Shown here one piece after another: positions 47,966 to 57,970 of a stretch of DNA of 64,000 nucleotides. Source of the stretch: an uncultured candidate division Zixibacteria bacterium (GTDB lineage: Bacteria; Zixibacteria; MSB-5A5; GN15; FEB-12); NCBI GenBank assembly GCA_963664195.1, contig OY760907.1, forward strand, positions 1,952,001-2,016,000, written 5' to 3'. Position 1 is the first letter of the stretch; each line of letters opens with the position of its first letter. Under the pieces are notes generated by a model. It was not told the origin of the DNA, searched no databases, and saw nothing but the letters and a program-made list of their open reading frames with translations. Made by a program: the position numbers and the translations under genes.

Positions 47966-49180
47966 ATGAACAAGGTTACAGTTTCCGATATCAACTTCCG
48001 GGGCCGCAAAGCTCTGCTGCGCGTTGATTTCAACGTGCCCCAGGATGCCGATCAACGGATAACCGACGATCGGCGGATTCGCGGTGCTCTTCATACGATC
48101 CGGAAGATCCTCAACGATGGTGGTATGGTAATTGCCTGCTCGCATCTTGGGAGACCGGGGGGAGTTCCCGACCCGAAACTATCCCTTCGCCCCGTAGCCA
48201 ATCGACTAGCTGCTTTGCTCGGGCAGGAGGTGCAGTTCGCAGAGGATTGTGTGGGACCGGAAGCATCCAACATCGTTATGAGAATGAAGCCGGGCGATGT
48301 TCTGCTGTTGGAGAATTTGCGTTTTCATCCGGAAGAGAAAGCGAATGACGATCATTTCGCCAAGCGACTCGCTTTTCTCGGCGATATTTACGTCAACGAC
48401 GCCTTCGGTACCGCCCATCGCGCCCACGCCTCTACTCAGGGGGTGACGAAGTACTTCAACCAGTCGGTGGCCGGATTCCTGATGGAAAAGGAGTTGGCCT
48501 ACCTTGGGCGCGCCGTGGACAATCCCGAACGACCGTTTGCGGCTATCATCGGCGGAGCAAAAATATCCGGTAAGATTGCCGTTGTGCGGAAACTGATGGA
48601 CAAACTGGATATCCTTGTCATCGGTGGCGGTATGGCGTTCACTTTCGCGAAGGCGATGGGGTATGCCATCGGCGACTCATTGCTTGAGGAAGACCGAATA
48701 GAACTCGCCAGGGAGATTATCGATATTTCCGAACGCAAGAAGCTCAGGCTGGTTTTCCCGACCGATGCTGTCGTCGCGACCGAGATTTCTGATGACGCAG
48801 TGACCCAAATCGTGCCGATTCAGTCCATTCCGGACGGCATGATGGGGCTGGACATCGGTCCCGATTCCATCAAGCTGTTCTCAGAGGAACTCTCCAGGGC
48901 GCGGACTATTGTCTGGAACGGCCCGATGGGCGTGTTTGAATCCAATCCGTTTGCCGCGGGTACCCTGGCTATAGCAAAACTGATGGCCGATCTAACCAGT
49001 GCCGGCACGACCACAATTGTTGGCGGCGGCGATTCTGCGGCAGCGGTGGCTCAGGCCGGTGTTGAAGATCAGATGAGTCATGTCTCCACAGGTGGAGGAG
49101 CCTCGCTTCAACTGCTCGAAGGCAAAAGCCTGCCCGGAATAGAAGCACTGACAGACTCCATTCCGGTCAAGGCTAAATAG
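47966..49180 (+). CDS. pgk: Phosphoglycerate kinase
   Basis: RVDFNVP, SHLGRP, LLENLRF, DAFGTAHRAHAS, WNGPMGVFE, STGGGASL. Confidence 0.98.
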   Translation: MNKVTVSDINFRGRKALLRVDFNVPQDADQRITDDRRIRGALHTIRKILNDGGMVIACSHLGRPGGVPDPKLSLRPVANRLAALLGQEVQFAEDCVGPEASNIVMRMKPGDVLLLENLRFHPEEKANDDHFAKRLAFLGDIYVNDAFGTAHRAHASTQGVTKYFNQSVAGFLMEKELAYLGRAVDNPERPFAAIIGGAKISGKIAVVRKLMDKLDILVIGGGMAFTFAKAMGYAIGDSLLEEDRIELAREIIDISERKKLRLVFPTDAVVATEISDDAVTQIVPIQSIPDGMMGLDIGPDSIKLFSEELSRARTIVWNGPMGVFESNPFAAGTLAIAKLMADLTSAGTTTIVGGGDSAAAVAQAGVEDQMSHVSTGGGASLQLLEGKSLPGIEALTDSIPVKAK

Positions 49181-49225
49181 CTGTGGACGGTGTCGGAGGC
49201 ACTGTCTGGTTTGAGCGATAACGTG

Positions 49226-49256
49226 CACGTGCGGACCTTCAGGTTCGCACGTGTTT
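49226..49256 (+). terminator. Stem-loop between pgk and tpiA (terminator or stabiliser)
   Basis: CACGTGCGGACC-TTCA-GGTTCGCACGTG-TTT. Confidence 0.45.
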
Positions 49257-49295
49257 GCTATGACAGGTACAATCAGATCGTGAGGAAAACCGCTT

Positions 49296-50045
49296 ATGCG
49301 CAAGATTCTGATAGCCGGTAACTGGAAACTAAACGGTACGATTGCCGAGACCGAAACGCTGATAAAAGCACTTCTGGCCGGGAGTTGGGATACAAAGAAA
49401 GCGTCAATGTTGGTGTGTCCGCCCTTCGTTTCGCTCCATTCTGCGTCTAAGCTACTGAGAGGCAGCAGTATAGCGCTCGGCGCTCAGGAAATGTCTGAGC
49501 ACGATAAAGGTGCGTATACAGGTGAGATCTCCGCAGAGATGCTCTTGACAGTTGGGGCCTCCTTTGTTATCTTGGGCCACTCTGAGCGAAGGCAATACCA
49601 TGCCGAAAGTGACGAGCAGGTAAACGCCAAAGCGAAGAAAGCCCTCTCTTCAGGTCTCACCCCAATCATTTGTGTCGGGGAAACGTTGGAAGAGCGGGAG
49701 GCCGATCGAACCGAGGATGTTATAGGCACTCAAGTGACCGGTACGCTTGCGGGATTGTCGGCCGATGAACTTAAGAAGATCGTGATTGCTTATGAGCCTG
49801 TGTGGGCCATAGGCACCGGCAGAACCGCGACGCCGGAAATGGCTGAGGCGGTTCATAGTTTTATCAGGCAGCAGCTTGTTGAAAAAGACAAGGAGGCTGC
49901 CGAGACGGTCCTGATCCTCTACGGTGGATCGGTGAAACCGGACAACGCCGCCGGGTTATTGTCTAAGCCGAATATCGATGGTGCTCTCGTTGGAGGGGCC
50001 TCGCTGAAGGCGGATGATTTCCTGGGGATCATTAAAGCAGTTTGA
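49296..50045 (+). CDS. tpiA: Triosephosphate isomerase
   Basis: AGNWK, GAYTGEIS, GHSERR, AYEPVWAIGTG, LYGGSV, DGALVGGAS. Confidence 0.98.
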   Translation: MRKILIAGNWKLNGTIAETETLIKALLAGSWDTKKASMLVCPPFVSLHSASKLLRGSSIALGAQEMSEHDKGAYTGEISAEMLLTVGASFVILGHSERRQYHAESDEQVNAKAKKALSSGLTPIICVGETLEEREADRTEDVIGTQVTGTLAGLSADELKKIVIAYEPVWAIGTGRTATPEMAEAVHSFIRQQLVEKDKEAAETVLILYGGSVKPDNAAGLLSKPNIDGALVGGASLKADDFLGIIKAV

Positions 50046-50059
50046 CGGAGGTTAGCCAG

Positions 50060-50503
50060 TTGTTTATTCCGTGGGTGATTTTTCACATACTCGTCTGTGT
50101 TGGTCTGATTCTTGTCGTTCTGATGCAATCGGCCAAGGGCGAAGGACTGGCGGGCGGCACCGCTTTTGGCGGCGGCATGTCCGGAGCGGTCTTCGGCGGA
50201 CGAGGAGCCGCGACTTTCCTTTCCAAGGCGACCACCGTCCTGGCTGTCCTCTTCATGATCAACTGTGTTGGTCTGGCATATCTGTCCGCCGAGCGGAGTG
50301 GTATCAGCATGGGTGAGGCTCCGTCCGATTCGGCCATCACGCGACAGGCGACTGCCGAACGTGAACAGGCCCTCCAGCGTCAGGCCGAGCAGGCCGAGGC
50401 CGCCGGTGTGGATACGACCGGTGTGCAGGGTGGCAACGCGCCGGTTCAGGTCGTGCCGATTGAGCAGACCGAAACTCCGGCTGGGGAACCTTCGGGTAAC
50501 TAG
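50060..50503 (+). CDS. secG: Preprotein translocase subunit SecG
   Basis: LILVVLMQSAKG.GLA..FGG, L.KAT..LA.LF; tpiA-secG-tRNA-Leu synteny; TTG start after GGAGG. Confidence 0.92.
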   Translation: MFIPWVIFHILVCVGLILVVLMQSAKGEGLAGGTAFGGGMSGAVFGGRGAATFLSKATTVLAVLFMINCVGLAYLSAERSGISMGEAPSDSAITRQATAEREQALQRQAEQAEAAGVDTTGVQGGNAPVQVVPIEQTETPAGEPSGN

Positions 50504-50531
50504 CGGCTCTGCCGTTCACAAAGATAACCTT

Positions 50532-50613
50532 GCGGAAGTGGTGGAACAGGTAGACACGCTATCTTGAGGGGGTAGTGGAGCGATCCGTGCGGGTTCAAGT
50601 CCCGCCTTCCGCA
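50532..50613 (+). tRNA. tRNA-Leu(GAG)
   Basis: GCGGAAG acceptor paired with CTTCCGC-A, D-arm GTGGAACAGGTAGACAC, anticodon loop TT-GAG-GG, long variable arm, GGTTCAAGTCC; CCA not encoded. Confidence 0.95.
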
Positions 50614-50620
50614 TAAGTTC

Positions 50621-50655
50621 AGCCCTCCGGACCTTACAGTCCGGAGGGCTTTTCT
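50621..50655 (+). terminator. Intrinsic terminator after tRNA-Leu
   Basis: AGCCCTCCGGAC-CTTACA-GTCCGGAGGGCT-TTTCT. Confidence 0.8.
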
Positions 50656-50870
50656 GTGCGGGCAATTCGATTCAAGTATGTTCTCCTATCCAGTCGCGCA
50701 CGGCCCAACCAAGAAAAGTCTTGCATGGGAGACATTCGGAGCTATGTTATAATCGTAGAGGAGCCGGAGCGCGCGTATCGGCATGGCACCCGTGTAGCGT
50801 GTCAAGATACTGTTCGGTCGTGTCTCTTGTGAAAGCATGGAACTCAAAATCGATGGGAGTGTAAGGTGTC

Positions 50871-53800
50871 ATGGTCTGTTCTGATTATCCTGCGAACCGT
50901 TTTTGCCTCGCGATAGTCCTGAGTGTCGTCTCTATTCTGGTTCTTGGCCTGCCGTCGGCAGCCCTGGCCCAACTGACGGCCGATGACATCGATTCTCTCA
51001 GGCAAGTGGCCAAGGAAAACGGATGGACGTTCACCATAGGAGAAAACCCTGCAACACAGTACTCGCTGGACCAACTGTGCGGGCTTGAAATGCCCGACAA
51101 CTGGCGAGATAATGCCCGATTCGTTACGATAACTCCGAGGAAGGACCTTCCCGAATCGTTCGACTGGCGAGCGCTTGGCGGCTGTACACCGATCAAAGGC
51201 CAGGGGTACTGCGGTAGCTGCTGGGCCTTTGCCACCGTCGGCGTGCTGGAGAGCGCGATTAAGATATACGACGGTGTCGAAGTTGATCTTTCCGAGCAGT
51301 ACCTTGTCAGTTGCGCCGTTGGATCGTGTGACGGCGGTCCGATCGCCCACGACTACCATCAATGGAGGACAGATGACTGTGGCGACTCCGGTGCCGTCCT
51401 TGAGGAGGACTTCCCGTACGTGGCCTACGATGTCCCGTGCGATTGTCCTTACCCTCATCCATATCACATTCTCGACTGGGGATACATTTCCGACGGCAAG
51501 TCTGATAAGGAGATTGCGTCGGTAGAGTCGATAAAGCAGGCGATTATGGACTATGGCCCGGTCTCGGTTTCGGTTAGAGCATCGCCGTGGATGGCGGCCT
51601 ATCGTGGTGGTATCTACGAAGCCTGCGAAGATCAACCCACGAATCACGCCGTCATACTGGTCGGCTGGGACGACAGTCAAGGTGACGAGGGCGTTTGGAT
51701 TATGCGCAACTCCTGGACGGCAGGTTGGGGTGAAGATGGGTATATGCGGATACCATACGGCTGCTCCAGCATAGGCTACGCTGCCGCCTTCATAGTATAT
51801 AACGAGGATCGGGACAGCGACGGTCAGCCGAATGATGAGGACAACTGCTCGTGGGTATACAACCCCGGCCAGGAGGACGGTGACGGCGACGGACTCGGGG
51901 ATGTCTGTGACAACTGCGAAACGGAGTACAATCCGGATCAGGTAGATACCGATGATGACGGCGTGGGGGATGCCTGTGATGACTGTACCGACACTGACGG
52001 CGACGGGTTCGGTGACCCCGGTTTCGCTGCCTCGACCTGTCCCCTCGACAATTGTCCCTCCCGCTACAATCCGCTTCAGGAAGACCTGGACGGCGACGGA
52101 ACCGGGGATTCGTGCACTTTCGTGACGGTCCTGGAGGCTCTGCCGGCACCGAGTTCCTCAAGCGTTCCGCAGGGGACCGACATTGCTTTGGTTTTCGACC
52201 GGCCTCTGGACGTCCTGACCGTGAGCGGCGCAACAGTCAGAGTCAGCGGCTCACAGTCGGGATTGCACGCTGTGGGACTGTCCTTTTCGGACATGAATCA
52301 GCGCCTCACGATCACTCCTTACGGCAGTTTCCTGCCCGGAGAGGTTGTGACCGCATCGCTTTCCCGCGAGGTTCGTTCGGACGATGGCTACCGACTGGAC
52401 AACGGATACTGTCTTGATTTCGTTGTCGAAAGCGGAGACGAGGGGGGTGGCGTGTTTGACGAAGTCTTGGCCATCGAAACCGCAGCCGGTCCCTATGCGG
52501 TGAACGCGGCTGATTTGGACGGCGACGGTGACGTTGATTTGGTCACGGCCAATCGGGAAGGTGATGCTATCACCGTGCTGCTCAACGACGGTCTCGGCAC
52601 GTTCAGCCAGCGGACCGATCTGTTTGGGATTATGGAACTGACCCACTATGTATGCACCGGAGACCTCAACGGCGACGGTGTCGCGGATCTGATCATCTGT
52701 ACGTCCGGGGATATCCAGGTGGCCATGAACGACGGCAGCGGTGGGTTTGGCGCAACGACCTCTTACACTTGCGGAGAGCTGGTGCTCTATGCTGACTGCG
52801 CGGATTTCGACGCGGACGGCGATCTGGACGTGGTCGTTGTCGAGAGCGAGGAACCAAGAGCGATTATCTGGGAGAACGACGGCTCCGGCGCCCTTCTGAG
52901 TCGGTTCAATTGCGGAGTTGGGACAGGCCCGCGAGTAGTGCTCGCTCGTGACTTCGACGGCGATGGTACTATGGACTTCGCTACGGCCAACGGCCACGGC
53001 AACGGTGCGTCTGTTTACCGGAATCTGGGCAACTGGCAGTTTGAGCGCGTTGATCAGTACTCGACCGGCGAGGACCCGTACGCGCTTGCCGCCGCAGACT
53101 ACGATCTGGATGGTGATCTTGACCTCGCTGTTGCCTCGCTAAACGGTCGGGACATCATAATGCTTTCCAACTCAGGCTCCGGTGAATTCACACGGACCGC
53201 CAGGTACTCGGTGGACGGTGGTCCGCGCTCGCTGGTGGCGGCGGACCTCGACGGCGACGGCGACCTTGACCTTGTGGCCGCCTGCCACACTTACCGCAAG
53301 TTCCTCTGCGTTTTGATAAACGATGGCACCGGGTATTTCGATGAACGTTCCGATATTCGGCCGGATGAGGAACACTGCTGGCTGGCATCGGCGGACTTCG
53401 ACGGCGACGGGGATATTGATCTGGCATCGGTTGCGTTGTTCGACAATCTGAACCTGCTGTTCAATGTCGAAGGCGATGAACCGGATACCTGCGAAATCCA
53501 CGTGCCGCTGGACTATCCGACAATCCAGGAAGCGATACTCGAAGCACGAGACGGCTGTCGGATACTTGTCTCGCCGGGCGTCTACGAAGAGAATATCGAT
53601 TTCCAGTTCAAACAGCTCAGGCTCCTGAGCATCGACAATGCGACGGTAACCCGTATTTATGGGGTTGAGGCCGAGACACCCGTTGTCACCATGACTGCCT
53701 ACGACCACCGACAAGTCGAGGTCAGCGGATTCACGATTACGGGTGGCGACGGTCCCGGCATCTTCTGCGAGGGTGTATCTCCGGTCATCAGGGATAACAT

Positions 53801-54617
53801 CCTGACCGGCAATCATAACATGGACGCGGACGGTGGTGGAATATCCTTGAAAAACACTCGCTATTCTCTCATAGAGAATAACCTCATCACCGGAAACTCA
53901 GCCAACGATTTCGGTGCAGCCATACATCTCGAAGAGGGCAGCCGGTCGGATACGATCCGATACAACACAATGTACGGCAACGATGGCTATGGTGAGATAC
54001 GGTGTTTGGATGACGTCTCCGGCCTGCAGATCATCAACAACACCATCATACCGTCTACTTACAGTGCTGTTACACACCAGGCAACGGGAGTCATGCACGT
54101 GTGCAACAACGTCATGGCCTTTGCACCGGCTGTTGCAATACGCGACGACGAAAGATTCTCCGGTACCGTGCTTGCGGAGTACAACTGCACTTTCGGCAAT
54201 GCGGGGGGATCGTACGATTTCATTCCCGGCGAAGGCAATATTGAGCAGGATCCCCGTTTCGTAGACACTGCGTCATCGGATTACTGTTTGCAGCCCCAGT
54301 CGCCTTGCGTTGACGCGGGCAATCCCGATCCGTTCTACAACGATGACGATGGCACACGCAATGACATGGGGCATTGTGCGGATGAAACAGCCTGTTGCGT
54401 CACTGTCGGAAACATCGATCGGTCCTCCGATCAGGCGGTGACAATGGCCGACCTGACTTTGCTGATAGACCATTTGTTCATCAGTCTGACCCCACTTCTG
54501 TGTTTGGAGGAGGGCAATATAGATTCCAGTACCGATGATCTGGTGACGATGGCGGACCTGACCGTTCTGATAGATCACCTGTTCATTTCACTGGCTCCTC
54601 TGCCGCCGTGTCCGTAG
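50871..54617 (+). CDS. Large secreted multidomain protein: C1A (papain) peptidase + thrombospondin type-3 repeats + Ig-like + FG-GAP/VCBS repeats + parallel beta-helix + dockerin-like C-terminus
   Basis: QGYCGSCWAF, NHAV.LVGW, WIMRNSW..WGE.GY; DNC...YNP.Q.D.DGDG.GD.CD repeats; ADLDGDGDLDL repeats; VP.DYPTIQEAI; twin GNID...MADLT.LIDHLFISL. Confidence 0.9.
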   Translation: MVCSDYPANRFCLAIVLSVVSILVLGLPSAALAQLTADDIDSLRQVAKENGWTFTIGENPATQYSLDQLCGLEMPDNWRDNARFVTITPRKDLPESFDWRALGGCTPIKGQGYCGSCWAFATVGVLESAIKIYDGVEVDLSEQYLVSCAVGSCDGGPIAHDYHQWRTDDCGDSGAVLEEDFPYVAYDVPCDCPYPHPYHILDWGYISDGKSDKEIASVESIKQAIMDYGPVSVSVRASPWMAAYRGGIYEACEDQPTNHAVILVGWDDSQGDEGVWIMRNSWTAGWGEDGYMRIPYGCSSIGYAAAFIVYNEDRDSDGQPNDEDNCSWVYNPGQEDGDGDGLGDVCDNCETEYNPDQVDTDDDGVGDACDDCTDTDGDGFGDPGFAASTCPLDNCPSRYNPLQEDLDGDGTGDSCTFVTVLEALPAPSSSSVPQGTDIALVFDRPLDVLTVSGATVRVSGSQSGLHAVGLSFSDMNQRLTITPYGSFLPGEVVTASLSREVRSDDGYRLDNGYCLDFVVESGDEGGGVFDEVLAIETAAGPYAVNAADLDGDGDVDLVTANREGDAITVLLNDGLGTFSQRTDLFGIMELTHYVCTGDLNGDGVADLIICTSGDIQVAMNDGSGGFGATTSYTCGELVLYADCADFDADGDLDVVVVESEEPRAIIWENDGSGALLSRFNCGVGTGPRVVLARDFDGDGTMDFATANGHGNGASVYRNLGNWQFERVDQYSTGEDPYALAAADYDLDGDLDLAVASLNGRDIIMLSNSGSGEFTRTARYSVDGGPRSLVAADLDGDGDLDLVAACHTYRKFLCVLINDGTGYFDERSDIRPDEEHCWLASADFDGDGDIDLASVALFDNLNLLFNVEGDEPDTCEIHVPLDYPTIQEAILEARDGCRILVSPGVYEENIDFQFKQLRLLSIDNATVTRIYGVEAETPVVTMTAYDHRQVEVSGFTITGGDGPGIFCEGVSPVIRDNILTGNHNMDADGGGISLKNTRYSLIENNLITGNSANDFGAAIHLEEGSRSDTIRYNTMYGNDGYGEIRCLDDVSGLQIINNTIIPSTYSAVTHQATGVMHVCNNVMAFAPAVAIRDDERFSGTVLAEYNCTFGNAGGSYDFIPGEGNIEQDPRFVDTASSDYCLQPQSPCVDAGNPDPFYNDDDGTRNDMGHCADETACCVTVGNIDRSSDQAVTMADLTLLIDHLFISLTPLLCLEEGNIDSSTDDLVTMADLTVLIDHLFISLAPLPPCP

Positions 54618-54651
54618 CGAGCGGGCTGAGGCTAATCGTACGGCTACCGAC

Positions 54652-54706
54652 GGGTCCCCTTGACCGAAGCCCGGTCAAGGGGACCCTCCTGCGTTATTTT
54701 TCCTTT
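54652..54706 (+). terminator. 15-bp perfect hairpin after the large secreted-protein gene
   Basis: GGGTCCCCTTGACCG-AAGCC-CGGTCAAGGGGACCC followed by a T-rich tract. Confidence 0.6.
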
Positions 54707-54920
54707 CGTTACGCTCCGCAACCTTGTATATATCACTTGGACGGGGCACGGATGAATGTATCTATCATCCTGCGGGCACACCACATCCTGAGATTTCGCA
54801 TGAGCAGTAGGTAGGAAGACGCAACGTCGTCGGGGCAAAGAGCAAAACTCTCCTACCCAAAGAACTTATGTCTGTTACCTGGATTCTCCCGGTCGATGCC
54901 GATCGGACGGGTACGGAGGT

Positions 54921-57074
54921 GTGATGAAAACCGAGAAATCGTCTGTCGGTTCACGGCAGCATTTGACAATCCGGAAGAGAGCGGAACGGGTGCTTGCCGG
55001 TGGGGGAGCGACGGATAGCACGACCGCGCCGGACGAGGTGCTGGAACTGATTCGTGACCTGTGCAGGCACCACGACGATCTGATGGCCGTCGCCGGGCAG
55101 CTTGACGACGATCCGGCTCCGTCCGACAGTGAAGCGACGCCCCTGAACAAGACCGTATTGCTGCAGGTGCTGGATAGAGTCCCCGTCATGGCTGCGGCAA
55201 TCTCCAGCGGGGGCATTGTTTCCTGTTGGAATAGAGAATGCGAACGAGTCTCCGGATACTCCCGCGAGGAAATAGTCGGCGTACCGGATGCCCTGGAGAT
55301 GCTGTATCCCGATCCGGCGGTAAGTAGCGAAATACGATCAAAACTTCTCGCCGGAGACGTCAGTTTCTCCGATTGGGAGATGGAACTGGCCTGTCGAGAC
55401 GGGAGCCGCAGGATCATCTCCTGGGCAGGGGTTGCTCACGAGTTTGAGCCTGCCGAGTGGGACTACTGGGCTGTTGGTGCAGACATCACTGAGAGTCGTG
55501 ACACAGAGCAGAAACTGCGGCTGGAGATTGAAAGGGCAAGGACTTATTTCGATGCCGCCCGGACCCTGTTTGTCGTGATAAACGCAGATCACTCGATAGT
55601 GGCTATCAACAAGGCTGGCCGTGAGGCACTGGGCTGCGAGCAAAGCGCTATCATCGGCCGCAATTGGTTTGAGCGATTCGTCCCTCATGCGGATCGAGTC
55701 GATGACGTTGCCGTATTCAACGGTCTTCTGTCCGGCAAGACAGAATCCGACGGCCGCTTCGAGAGCCGGATAATCACAGACCGTGGCGAAGAGCGGGATA
55801 TTGCCTGGCAGCACAGTGTACTCTGGGCGGACGACGGGGAGATAACCGGTATTCTGAGTTCCGGTGAAGACATCACCGACCGGAAAAAAACCAGACAGGA
55901 CCTTCTCAGCTCCGAGGAACGATATCGCTCGCTTCAGGACAACCTTCCGTTGGGGATATTTCGTTCTACTCCCGAAGGCAAGATAGTTACAGCTAATCCC
56001 GCAATGCTGGAGATGTTCGGATTTGAATCTGAAAAGGAAATACTGGCAGCCAGAGCTTCAGACTACTACTGCGATCCGACAGCTCGCGATCGCATGCTTG
56101 AACGACTCTCGAAAGAGGGGGCTGTCACTAACTTTGAGTGTGAATGTCGCCGGAAGGACGGTAGCACTTTCTGGCTGTCGTCAAGTCTGCGAGCGACTTT
56201 TGACGCGAATGGTGAGGTGCTGTTTTTCGACGGGATCGACAAGGACATTACGGAACGCAAACGGGCCGAGGAAGCCCTCCGTCGCAGCCAGGAGTACCTT
56301 CGCCGTCAATTCCAGGCGATTCCCGTCCCAACCTATACCTGGACAAGAAACGGAGAGGATTTCGTACTCAGCGATTTCAATATCGCAGCCGATCAGTTCA
56401 CCGGGGGCGTAGTCCGGCAATACCTGAAATCCCCGCTGAGCAAGGCCTTCTCCAGTGCGCCTTGGCTCATTGATGATGTATGGAACTGCTTGAACGGTCA
56501 GGAAAGCCCGCACCGTGAAGTCATCTGCGATCTCATGTCAGCCGGGGAGAGACACCTTGAGGTCACCTACGCCTTGATTCCGCCCGAGACGGTGATGGTG
56601 CACACCAGAGATATCACCGAGCGGGCGGAAGCTGCGGACGCTCTGACTTCAAAGAATATCGCTCTTCGCGAAGTGCTCAGCCAGGTCGAGGCCGAAAGTG
56701 AGAAGATACAGAAGGCAATCAAGACTAACATGGAAAAGGCGGTGGCACCTAAACTCCGAGCCTTGATGCAAGTCGTTCAGCCTCCCGAATCCTGTCTGCT
56801 GGAGCAACTGGACAAGGATCTCAAAGACCTGGTGTCGCCGTTGATGTCGAGACTGGAAACTGAGTTCGCCTCCCTGACGCCGCGTGAGATGGAAACCGCC
56901 GGCATGATTCGAAACGGGATGTCATCGAAGGAAATCGCCGGGGCGCTTCATCTTTCGGTGGAGACTGTCCACAAGTTCCGCCATCACATTCGAAAGAAAC
57001 TTGGGCTGACCAACGAGGAGGTCAACTTGGCCAGCTATCTTCGCTTTCTGGACCAGAGACGCATCTCCGGTTAA
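54921..57074 (+). CDS. Multi-PAS + LuxR/NarL-type HTH one-component regulator
   Basis: Four PAS/PAC units ending DITE/DITD; C-terminal LTPREME.A.MIR.G.SSKEIA..L.LS.ETV..FR..IRKKLG. Confidence 0.9.
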   Translation: MMKTEKSSVGSRQHLTIRKRAERVLAGGGATDSTTAPDEVLELIRDLCRHHDDLMAVAGQLDDDPAPSDSEATPLNKTVLLQVLDRVPVMAAAISSGGIVSCWNRECERVSGYSREEIVGVPDALEMLYPDPAVSSEIRSKLLAGDVSFSDWEMELACRDGSRRIISWAGVAHEFEPAEWDYWAVGADITESRDTEQKLRLEIERARTYFDAARTLFVVINADHSIVAINKAGREALGCEQSAIIGRNWFERFVPHADRVDDVAVFNGLLSGKTESDGRFESRIITDRGEERDIAWQHSVLWADDGEITGILSSGEDITDRKKTRQDLLSSEERYRSLQDNLPLGIFRSTPEGKIVTANPAMLEMFGFESEKEILAARASDYYCDPTARDRMLERLSKEGAVTNFECECRRKDGSTFWLSSSLRATFDANGEVLFFDGIDKDITERKRAEEALRRSQEYLRRQFQAIPVPTYTWTRNGEDFVLSDFNIAADQFTGGVVRQYLKSPLSKAFSSAPWLIDDVWNCLNGQESPHREVICDLMSAGERHLEVTYALIPPETVMVHTRDITERAEAADALTSKNIALREVLSQVEAESEKIQKAIKTNMEKAVAPKLRALMQVVQPPESCLLEQLDKDLKDLVSPLMSRLETEFASLTPREMETAGMIRNGMSSKEIAGALHLSVETVHKFRHHIRKKLGLTNEEVNLASYLRFLDQRRISG

Positions 57075-57495
57075 CGCCCCCAACTGCCACTTCGCGCGTG
57101 GAGTTGAATTGCACAATGCCTTACTGTCTCCAATGGGTACGAAATATACCCGATACCTACTCAAATATCCCTTATTGTACTAAATGCATATTATTGCAAT
57201 ACTGAAAGCGTTACGAGAGGTATTCTCATCTCCCCTCTCTCGTGTCGTGCGAGTAGTTGCCTGACGCCACGAGCGTTCGGTGGACTAAAAATGTCCGGGG
57301 GCAGATTTTGGACATTGATTGTCGAATTTCGCGCGAGTACGCTATCTGATTGCGCCTGTACAGCGATATTGACTGTCAGGGCAGGGGCGTTGCCCTCTCC
57401 GCCAGCTGAGCACACAAGCAGGAATGACGGTGCCTGACCGGCACCGGATCAGGAATGTCAGCGGTGAACATAGAGCGCAAGAGAGGTAGGAGATC

Positions 57496-57747
57496 ATGAA
57501 GTCACGTGCCGGACGTCTGGTGGCGCTGATTAAGCTGATGGAGCAGGGGGAGCGATTCACTGCTGCCGCCATAGCGCAAGTATTCGGTGTGACCGAACGT
57601 ACACTTTATCGAGATATGAAATTCCTTCGTCAGATGGACGTTCCCGTGTATCATCGCCGGGGCCAGTATCACCTCGATCGCGAACTCTGGGCCGTGTGGG
57701 GCAGACGAGAACTCGAACAGGCTGTGTCGAGTTCGTTTCGGTCCTAA
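57496..57747 (+). CDS. Stand-alone HTH_11-type DNA-binding protein (YafY/WYL N-terminal-like)
   Basis: RL..LI.L......TA..IA..FGVTERTLYRD...L...DVPV....G.Y.L; AGGAG RBS. Confidence 0.8.
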   Translation: MKSRAGRLVALIKLMEQGERFTAAAIAQVFGVTERTLYRDMKFLRQMDVPVYHRRGQYHLDRELWAVWGRRELEQAVSSSFRS

Positions 57748-57970
57748 GCGCAGACCGGGCGGAGGGGGGCTTCGTCTGGGTAGATGTGCCTTCGAAGTAG
57801 CTGGAAACGTTCTTGCTGTCGGGCCTCGCGGGATGATTGCTGTTCCGTGAGGCCTTTTATGTTGCCGTCATCGCCGTCTTTTGTCCGTTGTCGCCAGCTA
57901 CTCTTTGGTCTTGTCAAGCGACAGGCTCAGGCCTATCTTCCTCGTTCATACACCAATCATTGGAGTGCCC

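Noticed and set aside
51810..53430. Recurrent GACGGCGACGG-type DNA repeats as a possible CRISPR or tandem array
   Set aside because: They encode TSP3 and FG-GAP (DxDGDGD) protein repeats with synonymous variation and no repeat-spacer structure.
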